DNA from: Balanoglossus misakiensis
Lineage: Eukaryota; Animalia; Hemichordata
NCBI GenBank assembly: GCA_040954595.2
Contig: CM082582.2
Coordinates: 372,001-436,000, forward strand
Length of the DNA: 64,000 bases
Direction: 5' to 3'
A model generated the notes under the pieces. The model did not search any database and was not told where the DNA came from. It was given only the letters and a program-made list of their open reading frames with translations. Shown in pieces: positions 48,401 to 63,400 of this stretch. Both the position numbers and the translations under genes were made by a program. Position 1 is the stretch's first letter, and every line of letters starts with the position of its first letter.

Positions 48401-51400
48401 CGTAGGAGATCTGACTTGATCATCGTGGTCAATGTACGCGTGTTTCCGCTCTAAAGTGCCGGGGCTTCAGCTAAACCATGCCGTAGGAAATCCGACGTAA
48501 TCACCGTTGATAACTTACGCCAGTCTGTGTCATATAGAGCCGGTGCACCAGCCGAATCACGCCGTAGGAAATCTGACTTGATCAACGTGGTCTCTGTACG
48601 CGTGTTTCTGCTCTAGAGTGCCGGGGCTTTATCCAAGCCATGCCGTAGAAAATCTGACTTGATCACCGTTGCTAACGTACGATAGTGTCTGTCATAGTGT
48701 GCCGGGGTTTTAGTCGAGCCAAGCCGTAGGAGATCAGACTTGATCAACGTGGTCTGTACGAGTGTTTCTGCTCTAGAGTGCCGGGGCTTTATCCGAGCTA
48801 TGCCGTAGAAAATCTGACTTGATCACCGTTGCTAACGAACGCTAGTGTCTGTCATATTGTGACGGAGATTTAGCCGAGCCAGGCCGTAGAAAAATCGACT
48901 TGTTCAACGTTACCAGTGTGCAACTGTTTCTGCTCTAGAGTGTCAGGGTTTTAGCCGACTTGTGCTGTAGGAAATCTGAGTTGATGAACGGGAATTCAAT
49001 GTTAGAAAACCCGTGTGGAAAGTATCTCTACCCGTTTGAAACTAAGAAAAGAATTTATTCTTATTTATTTTGTAAAAAAGACAATTTTTCGAAAAAAAGT
49101 CGAAAAATTGCAATTTTGTCTTGGGTGATTCAAATTATACCGCCTTTTCTGGAATTTGCAGCACTTTTTACAAGAGAACGACACTTCATGCTCCATAATA
49201 TTTCCGAAAATGAAGAAAAGAGTTAATTTTTTATGATTTTTCAAAAATTTACCATTTTTGTCAAAATATGGCCAAAATGGCTATTTTTCTTGAATTCCGT
49301 CAATATCTCTGCATTTTTGGAGTGGTCGAGAGTTTTAACATACAATCAACATGTCATATATGATCAGGGCACCAAATTCGAAGAACAAAGGTTTTTCTAT
49401 TTTTTTTCTAAAAATGACATTTTCAAGGAAAATTTAGTAAAACGCAATTTTGTCTGCAGTGAGCCAAATTAGACGGTCTTTTGTGGAATTTGTATCGATA
49501 TATACATACGAAGAGCATTCTATACTCCATCAGATTTCCGAAAATGTAGAAAACAGGTATTTTTTGTAATTTTCAAAAATTTACCATTTTGACCAAATTG
49601 TGGCTAAAATTGTTATTTTCGTGATGAATGCCGCCAGTGTCACTGCTTTTAAAAGTCATAAAAACTTTTAACATACAAGCAATTGTTTATATATGATCAG
49701 GTCACCGAATTAAAAATATAAAGAATGTTTTGCCTAAAAATGACCTTTTTGGTGCAAAAACGAATAAAACGCAATCTTGTATTAAATCAGTTCATTCAGA
49801 GTGCATGTTTTATAATAAGCACCATTTTTACATATAATGGAAATTTCATACATCATCAGATATCCAAATATGAAAAAATGATTTAGATTTTAGATGATTG
49901 TCCAAAATTAGCTGATATCTAATAAATGTAGTACTGAACCGTTCTGTCCCCCCCCCCTTACATTATATGCGGTACGCCGATGTCAGCTTACCCGGCAGTA
50001 CTGTAGGCCGTGCCCCCAACAAACGTCGGTGTTTGAAACGCCCTGGTTAAATTCGGGCTCTCTCTATAAATCGACAGGCAATAATGCAGTCCTACCGGAA
50101 CAAATGTCGAGTGTTGACCCGCTGCGACTTTCCCTCTTCGGTTTGCCCAACTTAGCCAACGTCTTTGTACTAGAGTGTCGGGTCTTTTGCAGAGCCAGGC
50201 CGAAGAAAATCCGACTTGATCACCGTTGCTAACGAACGCTAGTGTCTGTCATGGTGTGCCGGGGTTTTAGTCGAGCCAGGCCGTAGGAGATCTGACTTGA
50301 TCATCGTGGTCAATGTACGCGTGTTTCCGCTCTAAAGTGCCGGGGCTTCAGCTAAACCAGGCCGTAGGAAATCCGACGTAATCACCATTGATAACTTACG
50401 CCAGTCTGTGTCATATAGAGCCGGTGCACCAGCCGAGTCACGCCGTAGGAAATCTGACTTGATCAACGTGGTCAATGTACGCCTGTTTCTGCTCTAGAGT
50501 GCCGGGGCTTCAGCTGAGCCAGGCCGTAGGAAACCCGACGTGATTACCGTTGTTAACTTACGCCAGTTTGTGTCCTATATATAGTGCCGGGGCATCAGCC
50601 TTGCCAGGCCGAAGGAAATGTGAGTAGATCAACGCGGTCTCTGTACGCGTGTTTCTGCTCTAGAGTGCCAGGGCTTTAGCCAAGCCATGCCGTAGGAAAT
50701 CTGACTTGATCAACGTTGCTAACGAACGCTAGTGTCTGTCATAGTGTGCCGGGGTTTTAGTCGAGCCAAACCGTAGGAGATCAGACTTGATCAACGTGGT
50801 CTCTGTACGCGTGTTTCTGCTCTAGAGTGCCGGGGCTTTATCCAACCCATGCCGTAGAAAATCTGACTTGATCACCGTTGCTAACGTACGCTAGTGTCTG
50901 TCATATTGTGACGGAGATTTAGCCGAGCCAGGCCGTAGAAAAATCGACTTGTTCAACGTTACCAGTGTGCAACTGTTTCTGCTCTAGAGTGTCAGGGTTT
51001 TAGCCGACTTATGCTGTAGGAAATCTGAGTTGATGAACGGGAATTCAATGTTAGAAAACCCGTGTGGAAAGTATCTCTACCCGTTTGAAACTAAGAAAAG
51101 AATTTATTCTTATTTATTTTGTAAAAAAGACAATTTTTCGAAAAAAAGTCGAATAATTGCAATTTTGTCTTGGGTGATTCAAATTATACCGCCTTTTCTG
51201 GAATTTGCAGCACTTTTTACAAGAGAACGACACTTCATGCTCCATAATATTTCCGAAAATGAAGAAAAGAGTTAATTTTTTATGATTTTTCAAAAATTTA
51301 CCATTTTTGTCAAAATATGGCCAAAATGGCTATTTTTCTTGAATTCCGTCAATATCTCTGCATTTTTGGAGTGGTCGAGAGTTTTAACATACAATCAACA

Positions 51401-54400
51401 TGTCATATATGATCAGGGCACCAAATTCGAAGAACAAAGGTTTTTCTATTTTTTTTTCTAAAAATGACATTTTCAAGGAAAATTTAGTAAAACGCAATTT
51501 TGTCTGCAGTGAGCCAAATTAGACGGTCTTTTGTGGAATTTGTATCGATATATACATACGAAGAGCATTCTATACTCCATCAGATTTCCGAAAATGTAGA
51601 AAACAGGTATTTTTTGTAATTTTCAAAAATTTACCATTTTGACCAAATTGTGGCTAAAATTGTTATTTTCGTGATGAATGCCGCCAGTGTCACTGCTTTT
51701 AAAAGTCATAAAAACTTTTAACATACAAGCAATTGTTTATATATGATCAGGTCACCGAATTAAAAATATAAAGAATGTTTTGCCTAAAAATGACCTTTTT
51801 GGTGCAAAAACGAATAAAACGCAATCTTGTATTTAATCAGTTCATTCAGAGTGCATGTTTTATAATAAGCACCATTTTTACATATAATGGAAATTTCATA
51901 CATCATCAGATATCCAAATATGAAAAAATGATTTAGATTTTAGATGATTGTCCAAAATTAGCTGATATCTAATAAATGTAGTACTGAACCGTTCTGTCCC
52001 CCCCCCCCCTTACATTATATGCGGTACGCCGATGTCAGCTTACCCGGCAGTACTGTAGGCCGTGCCCCCAACAAACGTCGGTGTTTGAAACGCCCTGGTT
52101 AAATTCGGGCTCTCTCTATAAATCGACAGGCAATAATGCAGTCCTACCGGAACAAATGTCGAGTGTTGACCCGCTGCGACTTTCCCTCTTCGGTTTGCCC
52201 AACTTAGCCAACGTCTTTGTACTAGAGTGTCGGGTCTTTTGCAGAGCCAGGCCGAGGGAAATCCGACTTGATCACCGTTGCTAACGAACGCTAGTGTCTG
52301 TCATGGTGTGCCGGGGTTTTAGTCGAGCAAGGCCGTAGGAGATCTGACTTGATCATCGTGGTCAATGTACGCGTGTTTCCGCTCTAAAGTGCCGGGGCTT
52401 CAGCTAAACCAGGCCGTAGGAAATCCGACGTAATCACCATTGATAACTTACGCCAGTCTGTGTCATATAGAGCCGGTGCACCAGCCGAGTCACGCCGTAG
52501 GAAATCTGACTTGATCAACGTGGTCAATGTACGCCTGTTTCTGCTCTAGAGTGCCGGGGCTTCAGCTGAGCCAGGCCGTAGGAAACCCGACGTGATTACC
52601 GTTGTTAACTTACGCCAGTTTGTGTCCTATATATAGTGCCGGGGCATCAGCCTTGCCAGGCCGAAGGAAATGTAAGTAGATCAACGCGGTCTCTGTACGC
52701 GTGTTTCTGCTCTAGAGTGCCAGGGCTTTAGCCAAGCCATGCCGTAGGAAATCTGACTTGATCAACGTTGCTAACGAACGCTAGTGTCTGTCATAGTGTG
52801 CCGGGGTTTTAGTCGAGCCAAACCGTAGGAGATCAGACTTGATCAACGTGGTCTCTGTACGCGTGTTTCTGCTCTAGAGTGCCGGGGCTTTATCCAACCC
52901 ATGCCGTAGAAAATCTGACTTGATCACCGTTGCTAACGTACGCTAGTGTCTGTCATATTGTGACGGAGATTTAGCCGAGCCAGGCCGTAGAAAAATCGAC
53001 TTGTTCAACGTTACCAGTGTGCAACTGTTTCTGCTCTAGAGTGTCAGGGTTTTAGCCGACTTATGCTGTAGGAAATCTGAGTTGATGAACGGGAATTCAA
53101 TGTTAGAAAACCCGTGTGGAAAGTATCTCTACCCGTTTGAAACTAAGAAAAGAATTTATTCTTATTTATTTTGTAAAAAAGACAATTTTTCGAAAAAAAG
53201 TCGAATAATTGCAATTTTGTCTTGGGTGATTCAAATTATACCGCCTTTTCTGGAATTTGCAGCACTTTTTACAAGAGAACGACACTTCATGCTCCATAAT
53301 ATTTCCGAAAATGAAGAAAAGAGTTAATTTTTTATGATTTTTCAAAAATTTACCATTTTTGTCAAAATATGGCCAAAATGGCTATTTTTCTTGAATTCCG
53401 TCAATATCTCTGCATTTTTGGAGTGGTCGAGAGTTTTAACATACAATCAACATGTCATATATGATCAGGGCACCAAATTCGAAGAACAAAGGTTTTTTTA
53501 TTTTTTTTTCTAAAAATGACATTTTCAAGGAAAATTTGGTAAAACGCAATTTTGTCTGCAGTGAGCCAAATTAGACGGTCTTTTGTGGAATTTGTATCGA
53601 TATATACATACGAAGAGCATTCTATACTCCATCAGATTTCCGAAAATGTAGAAAACAGGTATTTTTTGTAATTTTCAAAAATTTACCATTTTGACCAAAT
53701 TGTGGCTAAAATTGTTATTTTCGTGATGAATGCCGCCAGTGTCACTGCTTTTAAAAGTCATAAAAACTTTTAACATACAAGCAATTGTTTATATATGATC
53801 AGGTCACCGACTTAAAAATATAAAGAATGTTTTGCCTAAAAATGACCTTTTTGGTGCAAAAACGAATAAAACGCAATCTTGTATTAAATCAGTTCATTCA
53901 GAGTGCATGTTTTATAATAAGCACCAATTTTACATATAATGGAAATTTCATACATCATCAGATATCCAAATATGAAAAAATGATTTAGATTTTAGATGAT
54001 TGTCCAAAATTAGCTGATATGTAATAAATGTAGTATTGAACCGTTCTGCCCCCCCCCCCCCCTTACATTATATGCGGTACGCCGATGTCAGCTTACCCGG
54101 CAGTACTGTAGGCCGTGCCCCCAACAAACGTCGGTGTTTGAAACGCCCTGGTTAAATTCGGGCTCTCTCTATAAATCGACAGGCAATAATGCAGTCCTAC
54201 CGGAACAAATGTCAAGTGTTGAACCGCTGTGACTTTCCCTGTTCGGTTTGCCCGACTTAGCCAACGTCTTTGTACTAGAGTGTCGGGTCTTTTGCAGAGC
54301 CAGGCCGAAGGAAATCCGACTTGATCACCGTTGCTAACGAACGCTAGTGTCTGTCATGGTGTGCCGGGGTTTTAGTCGAGCCAGGCCGTAGGAGATCTGA

Positions 54401-57400
54401 CTTGATCATCGTGGTCAATGTACGCGTGTTTCCGCTCTAAAGTGCCGGGGCTTCAGCTAAACCAGGCCGTAGGAAATCCGACGTAATCACCGTTGATAAC
54501 TTACGCCAGTCTGTGTCATATAGAGCCGGTGCACCAGCCGAGTCACGCCGAAGGAAATCTGACTTGATCAACGTGGTCAATGTACGCGTGTTTCCGCTCT
54601 AAAGTGCCGGGGCTTCAGCTAAACCAGGCCGTAGGAAATCCGACGTAATCACCGTTGTTAACTTACGCCAGTCTGTATCCTATATATAGTGCCGGGGCAT
54701 CAGCCATGCCAGGCCGATGGAAATGTGAGTAGATCAACGTGGTCTCTGTACGCGTGTTTCTGCTCTAGAGTGTCAGGGCTTTAGCAAAGCCATGCCGTAG
54801 GAAATCTGACTTGATCAACGTTGCTAACGAACGCTAGTGTCTGTCATAGTGTGCCGGGGTTTTATTCGAGCCAAGCCGTAGGAGATCAGACTTGATCAAC
54901 GTGGTCTCTGTACGCGTGTTTCTGCTCTAGAGTGCCGGGGCTTTATCCAACCCATGCCGTTGAAAATCTGACTTGATCACCGTTGCTAACGTACGCTAGT
55001 GTCTGTCATATTGTGACGAGATTTAGCCGAGCCAGGCCGTAGAAAAATCGACTTGTTCAACGTTATCAGTGTGCAACTGTTTCTGCTCTAGAGTGTCAGG
55101 GTTTTAGCCGACTTATGCTGTAGGAAATCTGAGTTGATGAACGGGAATTCAATGTTAGAAAACCCGTGTGGAAAGTATCTCTACCCGTTTGAATCTAAGA
55201 AAAGAATTTATTCTTATTTATTTTGTAAAAAAGACAATTTTTCGAAAACAAGTCGAAAATGGTAATTTTGTCTTGGGTGATTCAAATTATACCACATTTT
55301 CTGGAATTTGCAGCACTTTTTACAAGAGAACGACACTTCATGCTCCATAATATTTCCGAAAATGAAGAAAAGAGTTTTATTTTTTATGATTTTTTAAAAT
55401 GTACCATTTTGTCAAAATATGGCCAAAATGGCTATTTTTTCTTGAATTCCGTCAATATCTCTGCATTTTTGGAGTGGTCGAAAGTTTTAACATACAATCA
55501 ACATGTCATATATGATCAGGGCACCAAGTTCGAAGAACGAAGGTTTTTTTTATTTTATTTTTCTAAAAATGACATTTTCAAGGAAAATTTGGTAAAACGC
55601 AATTTTGTCTGCAGTGAGCCAAATTAGACGGTCTTTTGTGGAATTGGTATCGATATATATATACGAAGAGCATTCTATACTCCATCAGATTTCCGAAAAT
55701 GTAGAAAACAGGTATTTTTTGTAATTTTCAAAAATTTACCATTTTGACCAAATTGTGGTTAAAATTGTTATTTTCGTGTTGAATGCCGCCAGTGTCACTG
55801 CTTTTAAAAGTCATAAAAACTTTTAACATGCAAGCAATTGCTTATATATGATCAGGTCACCGAATTAAAAAAATAAAGAATGTTTTGCCTAAAAATGACC
55901 TTTTTGGTGCAAAAACGAATAAAACGCAATTTTGTATTCAATCAGCTCATTCAGAGTGCATTTTTTATAATCAGCACCATTTTTACATATAATGGAAATT
56001 TCATACATCATCAGATATCCAAATATGAAAAAATGATTTAGATTTTAGATGATTGTCCAAAATTAGCTGATATCTAATAAATGTAGTATTGAACCGTTCT
56101 GTCCCCCCCCCCTACATTATATGCGGTACGCCGATGTCAGCTTACCCGGCAGTACTGCAGGCCGTGCCCCCAAATAACGTCCTTGTTTGAAACGCGCTGG
56201 TTAAATTCGGGCTTTCTCTATAAATTGACAGGCAATAATGCAGTCCTACCCGAACAAATGTCGAGTGTTGACCCGCTGCGACTTTCCCTCTTCGGTTTGC
56301 CCGACTTAGCCAACGTCTTTGTACTAATGTGTCGGGTCTTTTGCAGAGCCAGGCCGAAGGAAATCCGACTTGATCACCGTTGCTAACGAACGCTAGTGTC
56401 TGTCATGGTGTGCCGGGGTTTTAGTCGAGCCAGGCCGTAGGAGATCTGACTTGATCATCGTGGTCAATGTACGCGTGTTTCCGCTCCACAGTGCCGGGGC
56501 TTCAGCTAAACCATGCCGTAGGAAATCTGGCGTAATCACCGTTGATAACTCACGCCAGTGTGTGTCATATAGAGCCGGTGCACCAGCCGAGTCACGCCGT
56601 AGGAAATCTGACTTGATCAACGTGGTCAATGTACGCCTGTTTCTGCTCAAAAGTGCCGGGGCTTTAGCTAAACCATGCCGTAGGAAATCCGACGTAATCA
56701 CCGTTGATAACTTACGCCAGTCTGTGTCATATAGAGCCGGTGCACCAGCCGAGTCACGCCGTAGGAAATCTGACTTGATCAACGTGGTCAATGTACGCCT
56801 GTTTCTGCTCTAGAGTGCCAGGGCTTCAGCTGAGCCAGGCCGTAGGAAACCCGACGTGATTACCGTTGTTAACTTACGCCAGTCTGTGTCCTATATATAG
56901 TGCCGGGGCATCAGCCGTGCCAGGCCGAAGGAAATGTGAGTAGATCAACGTGGTCTCTGTACGCGTGTTTCTGCTCTAGAGTGTCAGGGCTTTAGCAAAG
57001 CCATGCCGTAGGAAATCTGACTTGATCAACGTTGCTAACGAACGCTAGTGTCTGTCATAGTGTGCCGGGGTTTTAGTCGAGCCAAGCCGTAGGAGATCAG
57101 ACTTGATCAACGTGGTCTCTGTACGCGTGTTTCTGCTCTAGAGTGCCGGGGCTTTATCCAACCCATGCCGTTGAAAATCTGACTTGATCACCGTTGCTAA
57201 CGTACGCTAGTGTCTGTCATATTGTGACGAGATTTAGCCGAGCCAGGCCGTAGAAAAATCGACTTGTTCAGCGTTATCAGTGTGCAACTGTTTCTGCTCT
57301 AGAGTGTCAGGGTTTTAGCCGACTTATGCTGTAGGAAATCTGAGTTGATGAACGGGAATTCAATGTTAGAAAACCCGTGTGGAAAGTATCTCTACCCGTT

Positions 57401-60400
57401 TGAAACTAAGAAAAGAATTTATTCTTATTTATTTTTTAAAAAAGACAATTTTTCGAAAACAAGTCGAAAATGGTAATTTTGTCTTGGGTGATTCAAATTA
57501 TACCACATTTTCTGGAATTTGCAGCACTTTTTACAAGAGAACGACACTTCATGCTCCATAATATTTCCGAAAATGAAGAAAAGAGTTTTATTTTTTATGA
57601 TTTTTTAAAAATGTACCATTTTGTCAAAATATGGCCAAAATGGCTATTTTTTCTTGAATTCCGTCAATATCTCTGCATTTTTGGAGTGGTCGAAAGTTTT
57701 AACATACAATCAACATGTCATATATGATCAGGGCACCAAGTTCGAAGAACGAAGGTTTTTTTATTTTATTTTTCTAAAAATGACATTTTCAAGGAAAATT
57801 TGGTAAAACGCAATTTTGTCTGCAGTGAGCCAAATTAGACGGTCTTTTGTGGAATTGGTATCGATATATATATACGAAGAGCATTCTATACTCCATCAGA
57901 TTTCCGAAAATGTAGAAAACAGGTATTTTTTGTAATTTTCAAAAATTTACCATTTTGACCAAATTGTGGTTAAAATTGTTATTTTCGTGTTGAATGCCGC
58001 CAGTGTCACTGCTTTTAAAAGTCATAAAAACTTTTAACATGCAAGCAATTGCTTATATATGATCAGGTCACCGAATTAAAAAAATAAAGAATGTTTTGCC
58101 TAAAAATGACCTTTTTGGTGCAAAAACGAATAAAACGCAATTTTGTATTCAATCAGCTCATTCAGAGTGCATTTTTTATAATCAGCACCATTTTTACATA
58201 TAATGGAAATTTCATACATCATCAGATATCCAAATATGAAAAAATGATTTAGATTTTAGATGATTGTCCAAAATTAGCTGATATCTAATAAATGTAGTAT
58301 TGAACCGTTCTGTCCCCCCCCTACATTATATGCGGTACGCCGATGTCAGCTTACCCGGCAGTACTGCAGGCCGTGCCCCCAAATAACGTCCTTGTTTGAA
58401 ACGCCCTGGTTAAATTCGGGCTTTCTCTATAAATTGACAGGCAATAATGCAGTCCTACCCGAACAAATGTCGAGTGTTGACCCGCTGCGACTTTCCCTCT
58501 TCGGTTTGCCCGACTTAGCCAACGTCTTTGTACTAATGTGTCGGGTCTTTTGCAGAGCCAGGCCGAAGGAAATCCGACTTGATCACCGTTGCTAACGAAC
58601 GCTAGTGTCTGTCATGGTGTGCCGGGGTTTTAGTCGAGCCAGGCCGTAGGAGATCTGACTTGATCATCGTGGTCAATGTACGCGTGTTTCCGCTCCACAG
58701 TGCCGGGGCTTCAGCTAAACCATGCCGTAGGAAATCTGGCGTAATCACCGTTGATAACTCACGCCAGTGTGTGTCATATAGAGCCGGTGCACCAGCCGAG
58801 TCACGCCGTAGGAAATCTGACTTGATCAACGTGGTCAATGTACGCCTGTTTCTGCTCAAAAGTGCCGGGGCTTTAGCTAAACCATGCCGTAGGAAATCCG
58901 ACGTAATCACCGTTGATAACTTACGCCAGTCTGTGTCATATAGAGCCGGTGCACCAGCCGAGTCACGCCGTAGGAAATCTGACTTGATCAACGTGGTCAA
59001 TGTACGCCTGTTTCTGCTCTAGAGTGCCAGGGCTTCAGCTGAGCCAGGCCGTAGGAAACCCGACGTGATTACCGTTGTTAACTTACGCCAGTCTGTGTCC
59101 TATATATAGTGCCGGGGCATCAGCCGTGCCAGGCCGAAGGAAATGTGAGTAGATCAACGTGGTCTCTGTACGCGTGTTTCTGCTCTAGAGTGTCAGGGCT
59201 TTAGCAAAGCCATGCCGTAGGAAATCTGACTTGATCAACGTTGCTAACGAACGCTAGTGTCTGTCATAGTGTGCCGGGGTTTTAGTCGAGCCAAGCCGTA
59301 GGAGATCAGACTTGATCAACGTGGTCTCTGTACGCGTGTTTCTGCTCTAGAGTGCCGGGGCTTTATCCAACCCATGCCGTTGAAAATCTGACTTGATCAC
59401 CGTTACTAACGTACGCTAGTGTCTGTCATATTGTGACGAGATTTAGCCGAGCCAGGCCGTAGAAAAATCGACTTGTTCAGCGTTATCAGTGTGCAACTGT
59501 TTCTGCTCTAGAGTGTCAGGGTTTTAGCCGACTTATGCTGTAGGAAATCTGAGTTGATGAACGGGAATTCAATGTTAGAAAACCCGTGTGGAAAGTATCT
59601 CTACCCGTTTGAAACTAAGAAAAGAATTTATTCTTATTTATTTTTTAAAAAAGACAATTTTTCGAAAACAAGTCGAAAATGGTAATTTTGTCTTGGGTGA
59701 TTCAAATTATACCACATTTTCTGGAATTTGCAGCACTTTTTACAAGAGAACGACACTTCATGCTCCATAATATTTCCGAAAATGAAGAAAAGAGTTTTAT
59801 TTTTTATGATTTTTTAAAAATGTACCATTTTGTCAAAATATGGCCAAAATGGCTATTTTTTCTTGAATTCCGTCAATATCTCTGCATTTTTGGAGTGGTC
59901 GAAAGTTTTAACATACAATCAACATGTCATATATGATCAGGGCACCAAGTTCGAAGAACGAAGGTTTTTTTATTTTATTTTTCTAAAAATGACATTTTCA
60001 AGGAAAATTTGGTAAAACGCAATTTTGTCTGCAGTGAGCCAAATTAGACGGTCTTTTGTGGAATTGGTATCGATATATATATACGAAGAGCATTCTATAC
60101 TCCATCAGATTTCCGAAAATGTAGAAAACAGGTATTTTTTGTAATTTTCAAAAATTTACCATTTTGACCAAATTGTGGTTAAAATTTTTATTTTCGTGTT
60201 GAATGCCGCCAGTGTCACTGCTTTTAAAAGTCATAAAAACTTTTAACATGCAAGCAATTGCTTATATATGATCAGGTCACCGAATTAAAAAAATAAAGAA
60301 TGTTTTGCCTAAAAATGACCTTTTTGGTGCAAAAACGAATAAAACGCAATTTTGTATTAAATCAGCTCATTCAGAGTGCATTTTTTATAATCAGCACCAT

Positions 60401-63400
60401 TTTTACATATAATGGAAATTTCATACATCATCAGATATCCAAATATGAAAAAATGATTTAGATTTTAGATGATTGTCCAAAATTAGCTGATATCTAATAA
60501 ATGTAGTATTGAACCGTTCTGTCCCCCCCCCCCTACATTATATGCGGTACGCCGATGTCAGCTTACCCGGCAGTACTGCAGGCCGTGCCCCCAAATAACG
60601 TCCTTGTTTGAAACGCCCTGGTTAAATTCGGGCTTTCTCTATAAATTGACAGGCAATAATGCAGTCCTACCCGAACAAATGTCGAGTGTTGACCCGCTGC
60701 GACTTTCCCTCTTCGGTTTGCCCGACTTAGCCAACGTCTTTGTACTAATGTGTCGGGTCTTTTGCAGAGCCAGGCCGAAGGAAATCCGACTTGATCACCG
60801 TTGCTAACGAACGCTAGTGTCTGTCATGGTGTGCCGGGGTTTTAGTCGAGCCAGGCCGTAGGAGATCTGACTTGATCATCGTGGTCAATGTACGCGTGTT
60901 TCCGCTCCACAGTGCCGGGGCTTCAGCTAAACCATGCCGTAGGAAATCTGGCGTAATCACCGTTGATATCTCACGCCAGTGTGTGTCATATAGAGCCGGT
61001 GCACCAGCCGAGTCACGCCGTAGGAAATCTGACTTGATCAACGTGGTCAATGTACGCCTGTTTCTGCTCAAAAGTGCCGGGGCTTTAGCTAAACCATGCC
61101 TTAGGAAATCCGACGTAATCACCGTTGATAACTTACGCCAGTCTGTGTCATATAGAGCCGGTGCACCAGCCGAGTCACGCCGTAGGAAATCTGACTTGAT
61201 CAACGTGGTCAATGTACGCCTGTTTCTGCTCTAGAGTGCCGGGGCTTCAGCTGAGCCAGGCCGTAGGAAACTCGACGTGATTACCGTTGTTAACTTACGC
61301 CAGTCTGTGTCCTATATATAGTGCCGGGGCATCAGCCGTGCCAGGCCGAAGGAAATGTGAGTAGATCAACGTGGTCTCTGTACGCGTGTTTCTGCTCTAG
61401 AGTGTCAGGGCTTTAGCAAAGCCATGCCGTAGGAAATCTGACTTGATCAACGTTGCTAACGAACGCTAGTGTCTGTCATAGTGTGCCGGGGTTTTAGTCG
61501 AGCCAAGCCGTAGGAGATCAGACTTGATCAACGTGGTCTCTGTACGCGTGTTTCTGCTCTAGAGTGCCGGGGCTTTATCCAACCCATGCCGTTGAAAATC
61601 TGACTTGATCACCGTTGCTAACGTACGCTAGTGTCTGTCATATTGTGACGAGATTTAGCCGAGCCAGGCCGTAGAAAAATCGACTTGTTCAGCGTTATCA
61701 GTGTGCAACTGTTTCTGCTCTAGAGTGTCAGGGTTTTAGCCGACTTATGCTGTAGGAAATCTGAGTTGATGAACGGGAATTTAATGTTAGAAAACCCGTG
61801 TGGAAAGTATCTCTACCCGTTTGAAACTAAGAAAAGAATTTATTCTTATTTATTTTTTAAAAAAGACAATTTTTCGAAAACAAGTCGAAAATGGTAATTT
61901 TGTCTTGGGTGATTCAAATTATACCACATTTTCTGGAATTTGCAGCACTTTTTACAAGAGAACGACACTTCATGCTCCATAATATTTCCGAAAATGAAGA
62001 AAAGAGTTTATTTTTTATGATTTTTTAAAAATGTACCATTTTGTCAAAATATGGCCAAAATGGCTATTTTTTCTTGAATTCCGTCAATATCTCTGCATTT
62101 TTGGAGTGGTGGAAAGTTTTAACATACAATCAACATGTCATATATGATCAGGGCACCAAATTCGAAGAACGAAGGTTTTTTTATTTTATTTTTCTAAAAA
62201 TGACATTTTCAAGGAAAATTTGGTAAAACGCAATTTTGTCTGCAGTAAGCCAAATTAGACGGTCTTTTGTGGAATTTGTATCGATATATATATACGAAGA
62301 GCATTCTATACTCCATCAGATTTCCGAAAATGTAGAAAACAGGTATTTTTTGTAATTTTCAAAAATTTACCATTTTGACCAAATTGTGGTTAAAATTGTT
62401 ATTTTCGTGTTGAATGCCGCCAGTGTCACTGCTTTTAAAAGTCATAAAAACTTTTAACATGCAAGCAATTGCTTATATATGATCAGGCCACCGAATTAAA
62501 AAAATAAAGAATGTTTTGCCTAAAAATGACCTTTTTGGTGCAAAAACGAATAAAACGCAATTTTCGTATTAAATCAGCTCATTCAGAGTGCATTTTTTAT
62601 AATCAGCACCATTTTTACATATATTGGAAATTTCATACATCATCAGATATCCAAATATGAAAAAATGATTTAGATTTTAGATGATTGTCTAAAATTAGCT
62701 GATATCTAATAAATGTAGTATTGAACCGTTCTGTCCCCCCCCCCCCCTACATTATATGCGGTACGCCGATGTCAGCTTACCCGGCAGTACTGCAGGCCGT
62801 GCCCCCAAATAACGTCGGTGTTTGAAACGCCCTGGTTAAATTCGGGCTTTCTCTATAAATTGACAGGCAATAATGCAGTCCTACCCGAACAAATGTCGAG
62901 TGTTGACCCGCTGTGACTTTCCCTCTTCGGTTTGCCCGAATTAGCCAACGTCTCTGTACTAATGTGTCGGGTCTTTTGCAGAGCCAGGCCGAAGGAAATC
63001 CGACTTGATCACCGTTGCTAACGAACGCTAGAGTCTGTCATGGTGTGCCGGGGTTTTAGTCGAGCCAGGCCGTAGGAGATCTGACTTGATCATCGTGGTC
63101 AATGTACGCGTGTTTCCGCTCTGAAGTGCCGGGGCTTCAGCTAAACCATGCCGTAGGAAATCCGACGTAATCACCGATGATAACTTACGCCAGTCTGTGT
63201 CATATAGAGCCGGTGCACCAGCCAAGTCACGCCGTAGGAAATCTGACTTGATCAACGTGGTCACTGTACGCCTGTTTCTGCTCTAGAGTGCCGGGGCTTC
63301 ATCTGAGCCAGGCCGTAGGAAACCCGACGTGATTACCGTTGTTAACTTACGCCAGTCTGTGTCCTATATATAGTGCCGGGGCATCAGCCGTGCCAGGCCG

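Noticed and set aside
56393-56813. Overlapping 132-aa (-) and 120-aa (+) ORFs with 27-aa periodicity (TTLIKSDFLRR...)
   Set aside because: The periodicity follows from 81 = 27 x 3. Most units have TAG/TAA stops in these frames (ctctag, ctttag, ctctaa) and an 85-bp subunit shifts the frame. They are open only where chance SNPs removed the stops.
947-62226. Recurrent short ORFs (MMNGNSMLE..., MSKYGQNGY..., MNRSVPPP..., MFETPWLNS...)
   Set aside because: They are 60-122 aa, mostly with non-ATG starts, and their frames and stops change between units through homopolymer indels. No recognisable domain. They are by-products of the repeat.
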